Origin: Mycoplasmatota bacterium
GTDB lineage: Bacteria; Bacillota_I; Bacilli_A; Mycoplasmatales; MT37
DNA: 64,000 nt
Direction: 5' to 3'
Assembly (NCBI GenBank): GCA_033560715.1
Contig: CP138194.1
Location: 44,486-108,485 of the forward strand
Part shown: positions 49,856 through 61,053 of the stretch, piece after piece
How the letters are laid out: each line of letters opens with the position of its first letter
How positions within the stretch are numbered: the stretch's first letter is position 1
Position numbers and translations under genes: made by a program
Notes under the pieces: model-generated
The model's input: only the letters and a program-made list of their open reading frames with translations
Databases searched by the model: none
Told to the model about the DNA's origin: nothing

Positions 49856-50512
49856 ATGAATAATCCAACTCTTAGCGTAAGAATTAAAAAAAATTCATTG
49901 CGTGACGTTTTTAGTTTTTTACAGGGTATTTCACGTTATATAGATGCAATATACATCGATCGTTCAATTATTGAAAAAGAAGGATTGAATGTTATCAATC
50001 AACTAATTTCGCGTTATCCAAAAAAAAAGATAATCTTTGAAATTAAATTTGATCATAAGAATTTTTTTGTTTTTTTAGATGTTTTATTAAAGAAAACGAA
50101 TTTATTATTTTATGCAATATTTTTTCCCCACGAACAAAATTTAACGTCTAAAGATATCGAACGAATTAATAAATTATTTTCCAAAACTTCAATTAAACCA
50201 ACTTTTTTTGTTAACCAGAATAATTATGATCAATTTTGTGATTTACATTTAGAACATCTTGGTTATTATAAAAATTTAGATGATTTAGAAGACAATGAAT
50301 GAGGAATGAAAGATTTTAACGCTTTAGAAAAAATTAATAAATCAAAAAAAACATTAAAAATTTTTAATATTAATAATAAATCATTAGTAAAATTGAAAGT
50401 TAATAATATAAATGTTAATGAAATTATAACTGGATCAGATGTTACTTTTTCATTTAATCCAATCGAAAGTTGTAAAAAAATTTATTTAACAATGAAAGAA
50501 ATTTTTATATAA
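49856..50512 (+). CDS. hypothetical protein, weak OMP-decarboxylase-superfamily (UlaD/HPS-like) pattern
   Basis: ORFs 49856 and 50306 are in frame across one TGA (218 aa). PTLSVRI...YIDAIYID...YPKKKIIFEIKFDH and C-terminal IITGSD....NPIES resemble the UlaD/PyrF fold by eye. Confidence 0.45.
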
Positions 50513-50549
50513 TCTTTTTAAAAATTTTATATAAATTAGTTTATTTTTT

Positions 50550-51611
50550 ATGAAAAACTTGTTTTCGAATAAAATTTCCCCATTCATTAACTATACTCCG
50601 TTTAAACATTTTCGTTTAAAAGCAGATCAAAACTTATTATTTCCACTTTGATTAAAATTACCATTTTTATTTACAATTACGTGATTATTTTTATTTACTT
50701 TTATTCAAAACTTTATTATTAATTACGAACCGAATTGAATTACATACATGCTGGAACAAAAAAAATTAGAACTTTTTTTTCTTGTTATTGAATACATTTT
50801 ATATTTAGTGGTTTTTTTAATTATTTTTTACCTTAATTCTCTTAATCAAGATAATTACGTTTTAAAGATTTTTTTACCTTTTATTCTATATATTGGAGTT
50901 GAAATTGGCGAAGATTTATTTTATTACGTTTTACCAAACAAAAGTTATACTTGATTTTTAAAACCTTCAAATGATTCAAAAACCGCGCTAACTATTATCC
51001 GTTTATTTATTAAACCAATTTTAACTTTAATTGCTGTAATTATGTTTTTTGTAATCGAAAAAACTCAATTTCATCGAATTTATTCTTTAATTAAAAAATC
51101 ACCCATTTTAGTTATTTTATTTGTTTTTTTATTTGTTTATTTAATGGTGTTACGTTCAAAACCAAAATTTTTAAATACCCTGTTTGTTTCAACGTTAAAT
51201 ATGAAAATATCACAAAACGAACAAGCAATCAATACATACATTAATCAAACTAATAATTTTGGCAAAATTTTTTATATTAGTTCTTTAATTTTTGTTTTCA
51301 CTGTTTGAGAAGAATTAATTTATCGTTTTGCGATTCAAAAAATTTTTTCAAATCAAAAAAATCAAGGATTCATATATTTCATTGTAATTGGTGTTTTTTT
51401 GTTTGCTTTACCACATATTTCAGCTAATGAAATCGGTAAACCGACTTCTTTTATTGATTTTTTTAAAAAACTTTTTTATGGTGTTTACGAAACAAATTAT
51501 AGTTATTGATTTATGTCTTATATTTTAGTAATTACGTATTTTTTATGTGGTTATAATTTATTTTTTCCAATTGCAATTCACGTTATCAATAATGCGATCA
51601 CCACATTATAA
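50550..51611 (+). CDS. CPBP-family intramembrane glutamic endopeptidase (CAAX protease/Abi)
   Basis: Polytopic membrane protein, 353 aa. All three CPBP motifs are present: WEELIYRF, FALPH and IHVINN. Confidence 0.7.
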
Positions 51612-51620
51612 AAATTGATT

Positions 51621-53963
51621 ATGAATAACACAAACAAGTTACTTGGAATCAAAACCGAAATTAAAGCATTACAAGCTAAATTACGTCGTTGAAGTTATTA
51701 TTATTACGTTAAAAATCAACCGTTAGTATCAGATGCTGTCTATGATTATTTCTATCAAAAGTTACTATATTATGAAAAAAAATATCCAACTTTAATCACA
51801 AAAGATTCAATCACTCAAAAAGTCGGTTTTAAACCTTCAAAAAAATTTCAACCAATTCGCCATCAAAACCGCATGTTATCACTTGATAATGCTTTTAATT
51901 TAGCTGATTTAGAAAAGTTTGATCTTCGAATTCGGAAATTAATTGGGAATAATTTTACTTATCATTGTGAATTAAAAATCGATGGTTTACCAGTCAATTT
52001 GGTTTTTAAAAATCACTTTTTTCAATCTTGTGCAACGCGCGGCGATGGTGAAGTTGGCGAAAATGTAACGGAAAATTTCTTATCAATCGCAAATTTTGCG
52101 ACTATTTTTGGTAAAAAATTTCCTTTATCAACATTCGAACTTTCCGGTGAGGTTTTTATTAGTAAATCGCATTTTCAAATTTTAAACCAACAAATTAAAC
52201 ATCAAATTCAACAACAATTTATTAATGATAAAGCAATTTTAAATGCTTTAATACCAAAGTTACAACAATTGTTTCCGACAATTAAATGGCAATTATTACC
52301 AACGCAATTAAATGAACTTGATTTTACTTGAAATCAAAATCCTAATTATTATTTTACGTTTGCAATTGATTTTGCTTCCAAATTGTCAATTATTAATCTT
52401 AAAACCAAAATTACCAACTTTTTTCAATCACATCGTACGTTTTATAAAAAATTTACTTGACTATCAATTAATGAATCAACTTTTCATTTAAAATTCACTC
52501 AAACACTTTCGCACCGCTTCTTTTTAAATGCGCGTAACGCGGCTTCTGGTAGTTTACGCCAATTAGATTCGCAAATTACCAAATCACGAAATTTAGCAAT
52601 TGCATTTTTTAGTTTTAAAACCGAAAATCAAAAATTAATGCCATTAACACAAGCAAACAGTTTAAATTACATTGAAACAAAATTAAAATTACCAATTATT
52701 CCATATCGTAAACATTGCGCCAATTTACAAGCAGTGTGAAAATGAATTCAAACAATAAAATCCAAAATCACTACTTTACCACTCGAAATTGACGGAATTG
52801 TAATTAAAATTAATGAATTAAATTACACAAAACAACTTGGTTCAACCGTTAAATTTCCCCGTTTTGCAATTGCTTATAAATTCCCTGATCAAACCGCTGA
52901 AAGTCAATTATTAGCAATTGAAACAACGGTTGGTCGAACTGGTAAATTAAGTTTTGTTGCCCTTTTAAAACCAACTTTTTTATTAGGTTCTTTTGTGCAA
53001 CGTGCAACTTTACATAATGCTAGTTTTATTCAAAAATTGGAATTACGTATTAGTGATTTTGTCAAGTTTAAAAAATCTGGGGGAATTATTCCGAAAATCA
53101 TTGCTGTTAATTTATCGAAACGTTGTCATAAAGCTAACATTTGAACTCCACCGGTTGTTTGTCCGTTTTGTCACAATAAATTAATTACTTTTATGAATGA
53201 AGTTGATCAATATTGTGTTAATTGACACTGTCCAGAAATTATTATTCGTCGAATGGAACATTTTGTCGCTCGTTATGCTTACAATATTAAAGGTTTATCT
53301 TCGCAAACACTTAAGCATTTATATCAATTAAAATTAATTCGTGATGGAGCCGATTTGTTTGGTTTGATAAATCAAAAACCACGTTTAGAATCAATGATCA
53401 AAAATAAAGTTTTATTAAACTTTCAAAATCGTGCTTTAAATAATTTATTAACTGCAATTCAAGCGGCAAAAAACCAACCATTATCACGTTTATTAGTTGC
53501 TTTAGGAATTCGTCATTTAGGTTTTAAATCAGCGCGGCTATTAGCTAATCATTTTCATAATTTACAAAATATTATTGATGCAAAACAAACCGATTGATTA
53601 AAATTAGCTGGTATTGGTCCAAAATTGTATGATAGTTGAATTAAATTTTCACAAAATTCACAAAATCAAATCGTTTTAACGAAGTTAATAAATTTTGGCG
53701 TTAATACAAATGCAATAATTTTACAATCAATTGACCCGTTTTGAAATCAAAAACGCGTTGTAATTACTGGTACTTTTCCAATTTCGCGCTTAAAAATTCA
53801 AGTTAAATTAGAATCACTTGGAGCAAAAGTTAGTAGTCAAATTAGCGATCGTACTGACTATTTATTAGTCGGTACCAATCCAGGACAAAAATATTTTCAA
53901 GCACGTCAAAAAAAGATTCCTTGCTTAAATGCAAACGACATTGAAAAGATATTAAAATCTTAA
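51621..53963 (+). CDS. ligA: NAD-dependent DNA ligase
   Basis: CELKIDG adenylation lysine, NARNAASGSLRQLD, Zn-finger cysteines, HhH region and a BRCT-like C-terminus. Confidence 0.95.
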
Positions 53964-53966
53964 TGT

Positions 53967-53972
53967 TATAAT
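53967..53972 (+). promoter_or_regulatory. candidate -10 box (TATAAT) upstream of gatC
   Basis: Perfect TATAAT 52 nt upstream of ATG 54025. Confidence 0.3.
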
Positions 53973-54024
53973 AAATAAAAAACCATTCCTTAAATTTTAA
54001 AGTTATGTTTTTTAATATTTTATT

Positions 54025-54354
54025 ATGATGTTAAAACAAATTTCATACGAAAAAATTCAATCATTAGCTTTAAGTCGTAAATTCAAAGTCAATGAATTTG
54101 AATTAAAAATTATTCAACAAGAATTTAAAGTTAACACTTTTGTTAATTTACAAAAATTTTTGACTGTTTTTGATAAATATGCAATTGATTCAAAAACAGA
54201 AAAAACCAATTTTTTTCAAATGATTCATTTACGACCAGATATTGCTATTAACGATAAATATCGAGCCGACTTTTTTGCGAATATCAAAAATAAAACCAGT
54301 GAAGGATATATTTATGTTTTGAAATCACAAAAACGAATTAAAACCAGAATATAG
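54025..54354 (+). CDS. gatC: Asp/Glu-tRNA amidotransferase subunit C (probable)
   Basis: 109-aa ORF directly upstream of, and overlapping, gatA. Called mainly on position and size. Confidence 0.55.
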   Translation: MMLKQISYEKIQSLALSRKFKVNEFELKIIQQEFKVNTFVNLQKFLTVFDKYAIDSKTEKTNFFQMIHLRPDIAINDKYRADFFANIKNKTSEGYIYVLKSQKRIKTRI

Positions 54355-55783
54355 CTGGTTAAAATTACCAGAATTATTTCGGAATGATCCTAAATTATTA
54401 AAACATTTTTATCAAGAATTATTTCAAAGAATTAAACGTTTTCAATCAACCAATTTTTATAGCGCTTTATATGAAAAAGAAGTTTTTAAACTATTAGATA
54501 GTGCCGATTTTTATCATCTTCGTAACCAAAAATTATTTGGATTACCGTTTTTTGTAAAAGATAATTTTGCGGTTAAATACCAAAAAACGGAAGCTGGTAG
54601 TCGAATTTTACAAAATTTTATTCCAAACTTTAATGCAACAGTAGTTGATTTATTAACTGCTAAAGGAGTAATTTTAGTTGGTAAAACTAATATGGATGAA
54701 TTAGGAATGGGTGGAACTGGTTTAGAAAGCAACCAAGGAATTGTTAAGCAACCATATTTTCCGAATCGTATTACAGGTGGATCAAGTTCAGGATCTGCTG
54801 TTGCCGTTGCTTTAAATTTAGTGCCGTTTTCATTAGCAAGTGATACTGGAAATTCAGTTCGTTTACCTGCTTCTTTTTTAGGAATTATTGGATTTAAACC
54901 AACGTTTGGTGCAATATCGCGATTTGGATTAGTACCATATTCACCAACTTTAGATACTGTTAGTTTATTTGCCGTTTCGTTACGAATTTTAAATATTTTA
55001 ATGGAAACACTTTATGTCCTTGATCAAAAAGATTTTGCAATGCAAAAAATTCCCTTTTTACCACCAAAACCAAAGGTTAATAAAAAAGTTGCAATCATTG
55101 GTTTGAATTCGAAAATTACCAATCCCAAAATAATTCAATTATTTAATAAACATGTTTGTTTACGTTTAAAAGAAATTCGTTACGATTATGAAGTAATTGA
55201 ATTAGACTATGAATTAACATCTTTATTAAATTTTTTGTATCAAGTATTAAGTTTTCCGGACGCATTAAGTAGTCATGCTAATTTAACCGGTTTTAATTTT
55301 GGATACAATCACGCTGGCAATTCACAAAATTTTGATTTTGCTGAAATCATTACCACTAATCGTACAATTGGTTTAGGATTAGAAATTAAAAAACGATATG
55401 TTCTAGGTGCGTTTTACGTTGAAGATCAAAATCGGAAATTAATTTATGAAAAAGCTTTAAAAATGATTAATTTTTTAAAATTACAATGAATGAAACTTTT
55501 CGCTGATTTTGATTTTGTGATTCATCCAGCTTCGACTTGAATTGCACCATTACAATCAACTACAATGAAACAACGTTTAAATCCAAAGTTTCAATTGCAC
55601 ATTGTGGATGATTTTTTATTGATTACCAATTTTTTAGGTTGACCATCGATTGTTTTACCAGCATTTGAAATCGATAAACAATGAGTTGGAATTAATATTT
55701 TTAGTGAAGCAAAAAATGATTTTCAATTACTTAAATTTGCTCAATTAATGTACAATCCGATTTGAGGAATTAAAGATGAATAA
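54314..55783 (+). CDS. gatA: Asp/Glu-tRNA amidotransferase subunit A
   Basis: Amidase signature GGSSSGSAVAVA and GKTNMDELGMG. Confidence 0.9.
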
Positions 55784-57203
55784 AGTTAAAATCGGATTAG
55801 AATTACACGTGACGTTAAAAACCCAATCAAAGTTGTTTTCTGCTGCTGCACAAAATAATTTTGCTTTACCGAATTGTAATACCGATTTAATTGATTGAGG
55901 TTATCCTGGTGCATTACCACAAGTTAATTATCAAGCTGTTAAATTAGGATATCAATTAGGTCATTTATTAAATTGTCAATTGAGTGATATTTTAAAATTT
56001 GATCGTAAACACTATTATTACTTTGACTTACCAAAGGGTTTTCAAATTACACAGTATTTTTATCCATTGGCAAAAAATGGGAGCTTCAAAGTTTTTCTTC
56101 CGGATAATAAATGAATAACAGTACCAATTATTACTTCGCATTTAGAAGAAGATACCGCTCAAACACTACACACTGAAGATAAATTATTAATTAATTACAA
56201 TCGTGCCGGTAATTCATTAATTGAAATTACAACTGCACCGGTATTTAATAATTTTACTGAAATTAAATGTTTTGTTAATCAAATCATTCGTTTATTAAAA
56301 AACTACCGTTTAAGTGATGCAAGCTTAACCCATGGTTCAATTCGAATTGATGTTAATATTTCAACCTTAGTTGATGTTGCAAATGATGTTTGACATCCAA
56401 AAAATGAAATTAAAAACGTCAATAATTTACAAAACATCAAAAAAGCAATTGCGATTGAAACAGAAACACAAATTTTTAATTATCATCATCAAAAAGATGG
56501 TTTTTTTGCATCCTGAACAAAGAATTTTAATGAAAAAACCCAAAATTTAGAACCGTTACGAAAAAAGTTTACTCATTATGAATACATGTTTATTCCGGAA
56601 AATAATATTATGCCAATTCAAATTACAAACCCACTTCAACGTGATTGATTAGCTGAAATTGATAATTATGTTTCGGAAGCTGAATTTATTAACATGTATC
56701 AATTAAATTTTAATGAAGCTGAATTAATTTTTCGTCATCAATTGCAAAAGTGAGTGGTTTTTTTAGTTAAACATAAAATTAATTTGCCATTAATTCATAA
56801 TTTCTTTCGTCAATCATTATTATCAATGATCAAAAATTTTCCTGCAAGCACAATTGCAACGCCATCGTTTCATCAATTTGCCCTTAAATTACTGATTTAT
56901 TATCAACAAAAACCATTTAGCTGACAGATTTTTAATCATTTTTTAAATAAATTTGCCAAAAATTCCGAATGAGATTGAACAACTGAATTAAAAAACGCCT
57001 TACAACCGCAATTTCTTGATTTTGCCGCAACGGAAAAATTGCTTTTAATCGTTGTTAAAAAATTTCCTGATCTTCAAACGCGTTATCATAAAAATCCGCA
57101 AGCAACGACAAATTTTCTTTATGGCCAAATTGTTAAGCAAGCATCAAAACCGTTAAATCCATCAATTGTTCGACAATTAATAAATGATTATTTTGTTGAT
57201 TAA
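55776..57203 (+). CDS. gatB: Asp/Glu-tRNA amidotransferase subunit B
   Basis: IGLELHV, HLEEDTAQ, NRAGNSLIEI and IRIDVNIS motifs. It overlaps gatA by 8 nt. Confidence 0.9.
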
Positions 57204-57209
57204 TAAAAA

Positions 57210-57881
57210 TTAAACTTCGTTTAATTGATGTCCAAAAATTCGAATTACTTGATTTTGTTGATTCTTTGGTAAAAAAATGTAAATCAAATCATTCATTTTA
57301 ATTTTTGTATTTCCTTTTGGAATAATCGAATTACCTTTGCGTTTGATTAATAAAACGTTTGATTGACTTGATTTTCGAATATTAGTTGCTTCTAATGTAA
57401 TATTTGTTAATTTAATATTTTTCACTTTAATAACTGTGTATTCGTTATCTTTATCAAGCATAAATAATTCGAGATCATTAGCAATTTTCGCTGCTAAACG
57501 CACACCGGCAAAACTATGAACTTCAATTGTTTCATAAATTTGCATTGAATTCATAATTTTTCGATGTCTTTCATTTAAAACTCGTACATAAATTCGACGG
57601 TTTCCAAAATCAATTAAATTTTGACACGTTAAAATTGATGAACCCAAATTATCACCAATTGCAACAACGCAAATATCATTAGGTTTAATTTCTAATTCTT
57701 TTAATTCTTCATATGATTCGGTGTCAATTACGTGTAAAGGAACTTTTCAATTACGGAATCGTCTTAACTTTTCACTATTTTTGTCAATTAGTTCGACATC
57801 AATGTTTTTAACGTTGATTAAATTTTCAACTAAAAATCCACCAAATAAACCAACTCCAAACACTCAAACTTTTTTTTTCAT
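57210..57881 (-). CDS. ktrA: K+ uptake system peripheral subunit (TrkA/KtrA, RCK domain)
   Basis: N-terminal Rossmann motif VFGVGLFGG. ORF 57210-57647 extends upstream through TGA codons. Divergent from ktrB. Confidence 0.8.
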
Positions 57882-57957
57882 ATTTAATTTTGTTCTTTTT
57901 TCAATTTTGTGTATTATATGATAAAAAACCATTTGTTAATTTTAATTTTAAAATCAT

Positions 57958-59439
57958 ATGAAATTTTCTATTCTTTTTCGTAATTTTTATTTTTGGTTCA
58001 AGAATTTTATTCGTTCAATTTATCGGCAAACAATTTATCGTATAATTTTCTCTTATCTATTTTTCTTGCTTTTGTTTACATGTTTAATGATGTTGCCTGT
58101 TGCTTGAAAGAATTCTGATAAATCTTTTTCATTTTTAAATACTTTATATTTAACTGTATCGGCATTTTCAACGACTGGTTTAACAGTGGTTGATATTAGT
58201 ACTGATATGACTTTTTATGGACAATTATTACTACTAATTTTAATCATTATTGGTGGTTTAGGGTTACTGTTTTTTAAAATTTCGATTTTTTATTTTGCGA
58301 TTTATTTTCTTTTTGGTAATCGTCGTTACAATTATTTGTATTATGAAGAACAACATTTTGAACGTGGTTATATTTTGAAACGGAAAACGCAAAACATGTT
58401 GGCGATTGGATTTTGATACATTGTTATTTTTGAAATTATTGGTGCTTTAGCATTGTTTTTTTATTTTTATTTTACTTTTCCAACAACACCTGAATATCAA
58501 AAATTACAATATTATCATAACTTTAGTAATAGTCTTTGATCAGCGATTTTTCATTCCGTTTCGGCAACCAATAATGCTGGATTTGATATTTTTTATGATT
58601 CGGATTCCTTAAAAGTTTTTCAAAATCATTATTTTGTGCAATTTGTATTCATTTTTCTGTTTATTTTAGGTGGTTTAGGTTTTCCTTTTTTCCTTGAATT
58701 AAACGAAAAATTTCAAAATTGATGAAAAGGCTCGCCAAAACAAGTCCGTTTTTCGTTTTTTGTTAAGTTTTCCGTTTGAGGATACATTTTAGTTACTGTG
58801 ATTGGATTAGTTGGTGTTTTTTCGCTTGAAGCCGCTTTTTCGGATGGATTTAAATCACCTAATGATCCGGTTCATAAATCAATGGCAATTTTATTTAATA
58901 CATTATCAACTCGTTCGGCTGGTTTTTCAACGGTTGAAATTAATAGCAGTTTTACTTCACCAACAAAATTATTGATGACTGGTTTAATGCTAATTGGTTC
59001 GGCACCACTTTCAACTGGTGGTGGAATCAAAGTGACAACTTTTTTAATTTTAATTTATGGTGTTTTTGGTCGTTACGATCAAAAAAATAATTTATTGATT
59101 AAACGCTATGCGATTTCACGTAAAAACGTTTCACGTGCGTTTTTAATCTTTTTCATTTCGATTGTATTAGTTTTTGGCTTTTCAGTGATTGGAAGTTCAG
59201 AACACAAAAACATTGAAAAACCAATTGATTTAGTCGACGTTGTTTTTGATGGTGTTTCTGCTTTAGGAAACGTTGGTTTAAGTTCGGTTCCAATTATCGA
59301 TAAAGAATGAACTTTTTATAAAATCGGTACTATTCTTTTGATGTTAATCGGTCAATTAGGAATTGGTAATTTTCAAATTTTATTAAAACGGAAATATCGT
59401 TTTGCTAGCGAAAGAGTTCCAACCAAAATTATTCTTTAA
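57958..59439 (+). CDS. ktrB: K+ transporter membrane subunit (TrkH/KtrB family)
   Basis: Repeated selectivity-filter-like motifs: STTGL, NNAGF, RSAGF and NVGLS. Fragments are in one frame. Confidence 0.85.
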
Positions 59440-59455
59440 TTTTTAAAATCTAAAT

Positions 59456-59532
59456 TGGTGGATATTACAGGACTCGAACCTGCAACCTTTCGGTTAAGAG
59501 CCGAAAGCTCTACCAAATTGAGCTAAATATCC
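59456..59532 (-). tRNA. tRNA-Lys (CUU)
   Basis: Acceptor GGATATT/AATATCC, anticodon loop CTCTTAA, GGTTCGAGTCC T-arm, encoded CCA. Confidence 0.88.
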
Positions 59533-59534
59533 GC

Positions 59535-59627
59535 TGGCGGAGACAGAGGGATTCGAACCCCCGCACGCTAAAAAACGCCTTCCTGTCTTCCGAACAGGCC
59601 CCTTCAACCAGACTTGGGTACATCTCC
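59535..59627 (-). tRNA. class II tRNA, Ser-like, atypical anticodon loop UCGGAAG (formal anticodon GGA)
   Basis: Its acceptor, D-arm and T-arm are identical to the neighbouring tRNA-Ser(UGA). The anticodon stem is CCTGT/ACAGG, but the loop has C where U33 is expected and the variable arm is weak. Confidence 0.6.
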
Positions 59628-59635
59628 AAAAAAAA

Positions 59636-59726
59636 TGGCGGAGACAGAGGGATTCGAACCCCCGCGTGCTTGCGCACCTAACTGTTTTCAAGACAGTTCC
59701 CTTCAACCAGACTTGGGTACATCTCC
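59636..59726 (-). tRNA. tRNA-Ser (UGA)
   Basis: Class II tRNA. Anticodon loop CTTGAAA, variable arm GTGC-GCAA-GCAC, encoded CCA. Confidence 0.9.
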
Positions 59727-59734
59727 AAATTTAA

Positions 59735-59812
59735 TGGTGGATCCTAGAGGATTTGAACCTCCGACCTTTCCGTTATCAACGGAACGCTCTAACCAGACTG
59801 AGCCAAGGATCC
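59735..59812 (-). tRNA. tRNA-Ile (GAU)
   Basis: Acceptor GGATCCT/AGGATCC, anticodon loop TTGATAA. Confidence 0.9.
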
Positions 59813-59823
59813 ATTTTAAATAA

Positions 59824-59901
59824 TGGTAGCAAGAGCGGGAATCGAACCCACAGTCTTTCGGATATGAGCCGAATATTTTAACCAAATTAAACTATCTTGC
59901 C
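59824..59901 (-). tRNA. tRNA-Met (CAU), elongator type (an Ile2/lysidine tRNA is not excluded)
   Basis: Anticodon loop CTCATAT. It lacks the initiator features: there is no C1xA72 mismatch and no GGG/CCC anticodon stem. Confidence 0.8.
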
Positions 59902-59902
59902 G

Positions 59903-59980
59903 TGGTCGGGAAAACAGGACTCGAACCTGCGCTCTCTCGGTCCCAAACCGATTGCTTTACCAGTACTAAGCTATTTCCCG
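59903..59980 (-). tRNA. tRNA-Pro (UGG)
   Basis: C1:G72 pair, anticodon loop TTTGGGA, encoded CCA. Confidence 0.88.
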
Positions 59981-59995
59981 AAGCTTTTATAAAAA

Positions 59996-60071
59996 TGGTG
60001 GACTCGATCGGAATCGAACCGACGACCTCCTGAGTGCAAATCAGGCGTTCTCCCTACTGAACTACAAGCCC
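59996..60071 (-). tRNA. tRNA-Ala (UGC)
   Basis: G3:U70 pair, anticodon loop TTTGCAC, encoded CCA. Confidence 0.92.
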
Positions 60072-60083
60072 ATTTAAATATTT

Positions 60084-60162
60084 TGGAGGTGCTGGTCGGA
60101 TTTGAACCGACGTATAAAGGTTTTGCAGACCCATGCCTTAGACCAAACTTGGCTACAGCACC
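60084..60162 (-). tRNA. tRNA-Cys (GCA)
   Basis: Anticodon loop CTGCAAA, U73 discriminator, encoded CCA. Confidence 0.85.
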
Positions 60163-60187
60163 GCAGCACAGTTAAAATTATTTTATC

Positions 60188-61036
60188 TTAATTCTTATCA
60201 TTTTCATTATATTTTTTTTCATTTTGTGCTTGATTTAAAATATATTTATTTAAGATGCGACTAACACCAGCTTCTTTATAAGTTGATGTACGATCATAAC
60301 TTAATTTTCATAATAATGAACTAGCATTACCCATTGCAATTGTATATTTAAAAATTTCAAATAATTCTAAATCATTATTACTGTCACCACAAATTAACAC
60401 TTCATCATTTTTAATCCGATTTTTTCGTAAATATTTCACCAAACTTTCACCTTTATTTGTCGTTGTGATTTGGACAAAAACATTTCGAAATCGATAAGCA
60501 ATAAAATCACGATTTAAACAGTAATCTTGAAAAAACTTAAAATTGCTTCAACGTCAAGTCGGAAAGATAAAAATACTAGTAATTTTTTCATTCATCAATT
60601 GTTCACGATCAATGATTTTAATGTTTCATTTTGCTCAATATTTTAATCAACGATTGGTTCAATGATTTTTTAATGCAAACACTTGATTGTATGACGCTCC
60701 AGCAAAAATTGCATGAACTTTACGATCAATAATTTGATTAATAATTAAATTTAAATCAATTTTTTTTAATGCTTTATGACTGATTATTTGTTGTGTTTTT
60801 AAATCAATTAAAAGTCCGCCATTTAAACAAAATGCCATTCCACCATGGTTTGGTAATTTTAATTTTTGTGCTAATTTGTTTACGCTTTTTGAATACGTTC
60901 GACCGGTTGAGAAAACCACTTTTACCCCTTGTTTTTGAATTTTAATAATCGCTTTTTTATCTTCGTCATGAATTCGATTATTCGAATCAGTAATCGTATA
61001 ATCAAGATCTAAAACAACTAATTTAAATTTATTCAT
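60188..61036 (-). CDS. Cof-type HAD-IIB phosphatase
   Basis: Motifs VVLDLDYTITD, FSTGR and ICGDSNNDLELF. ATG 61034-61036 (the track starts at an upstream TTG). Fragments are joined through TGA. Confidence 0.8.
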
Positions 61037-61053
61037 ATTCAAAAAAAATGCAT

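Noticed and set aside
57870-57878. Homopolymer tracts could be phase-variation switches: T9 at the ktrA start (AAA Lys codons), A9 at 50020-50028 inside the UlaD-like gene, and A9 at the leuS end.
   Set aside because: They encode Lys runs in cytoplasmic or housekeeping genes, and runs of this length are common at this base composition. There is no lipoprotein or surface-antigen context. Only the 50020 tract in the accessory gene might merit a look across strains.
59494-59885. Three ORFs of 60-70 aa overlap the tRNA cluster.
   Set aside because: The region is fully explained by eight back-to-back tRNA genes. The relatively GC-rich tRNA sequence simply lacks stop codons.
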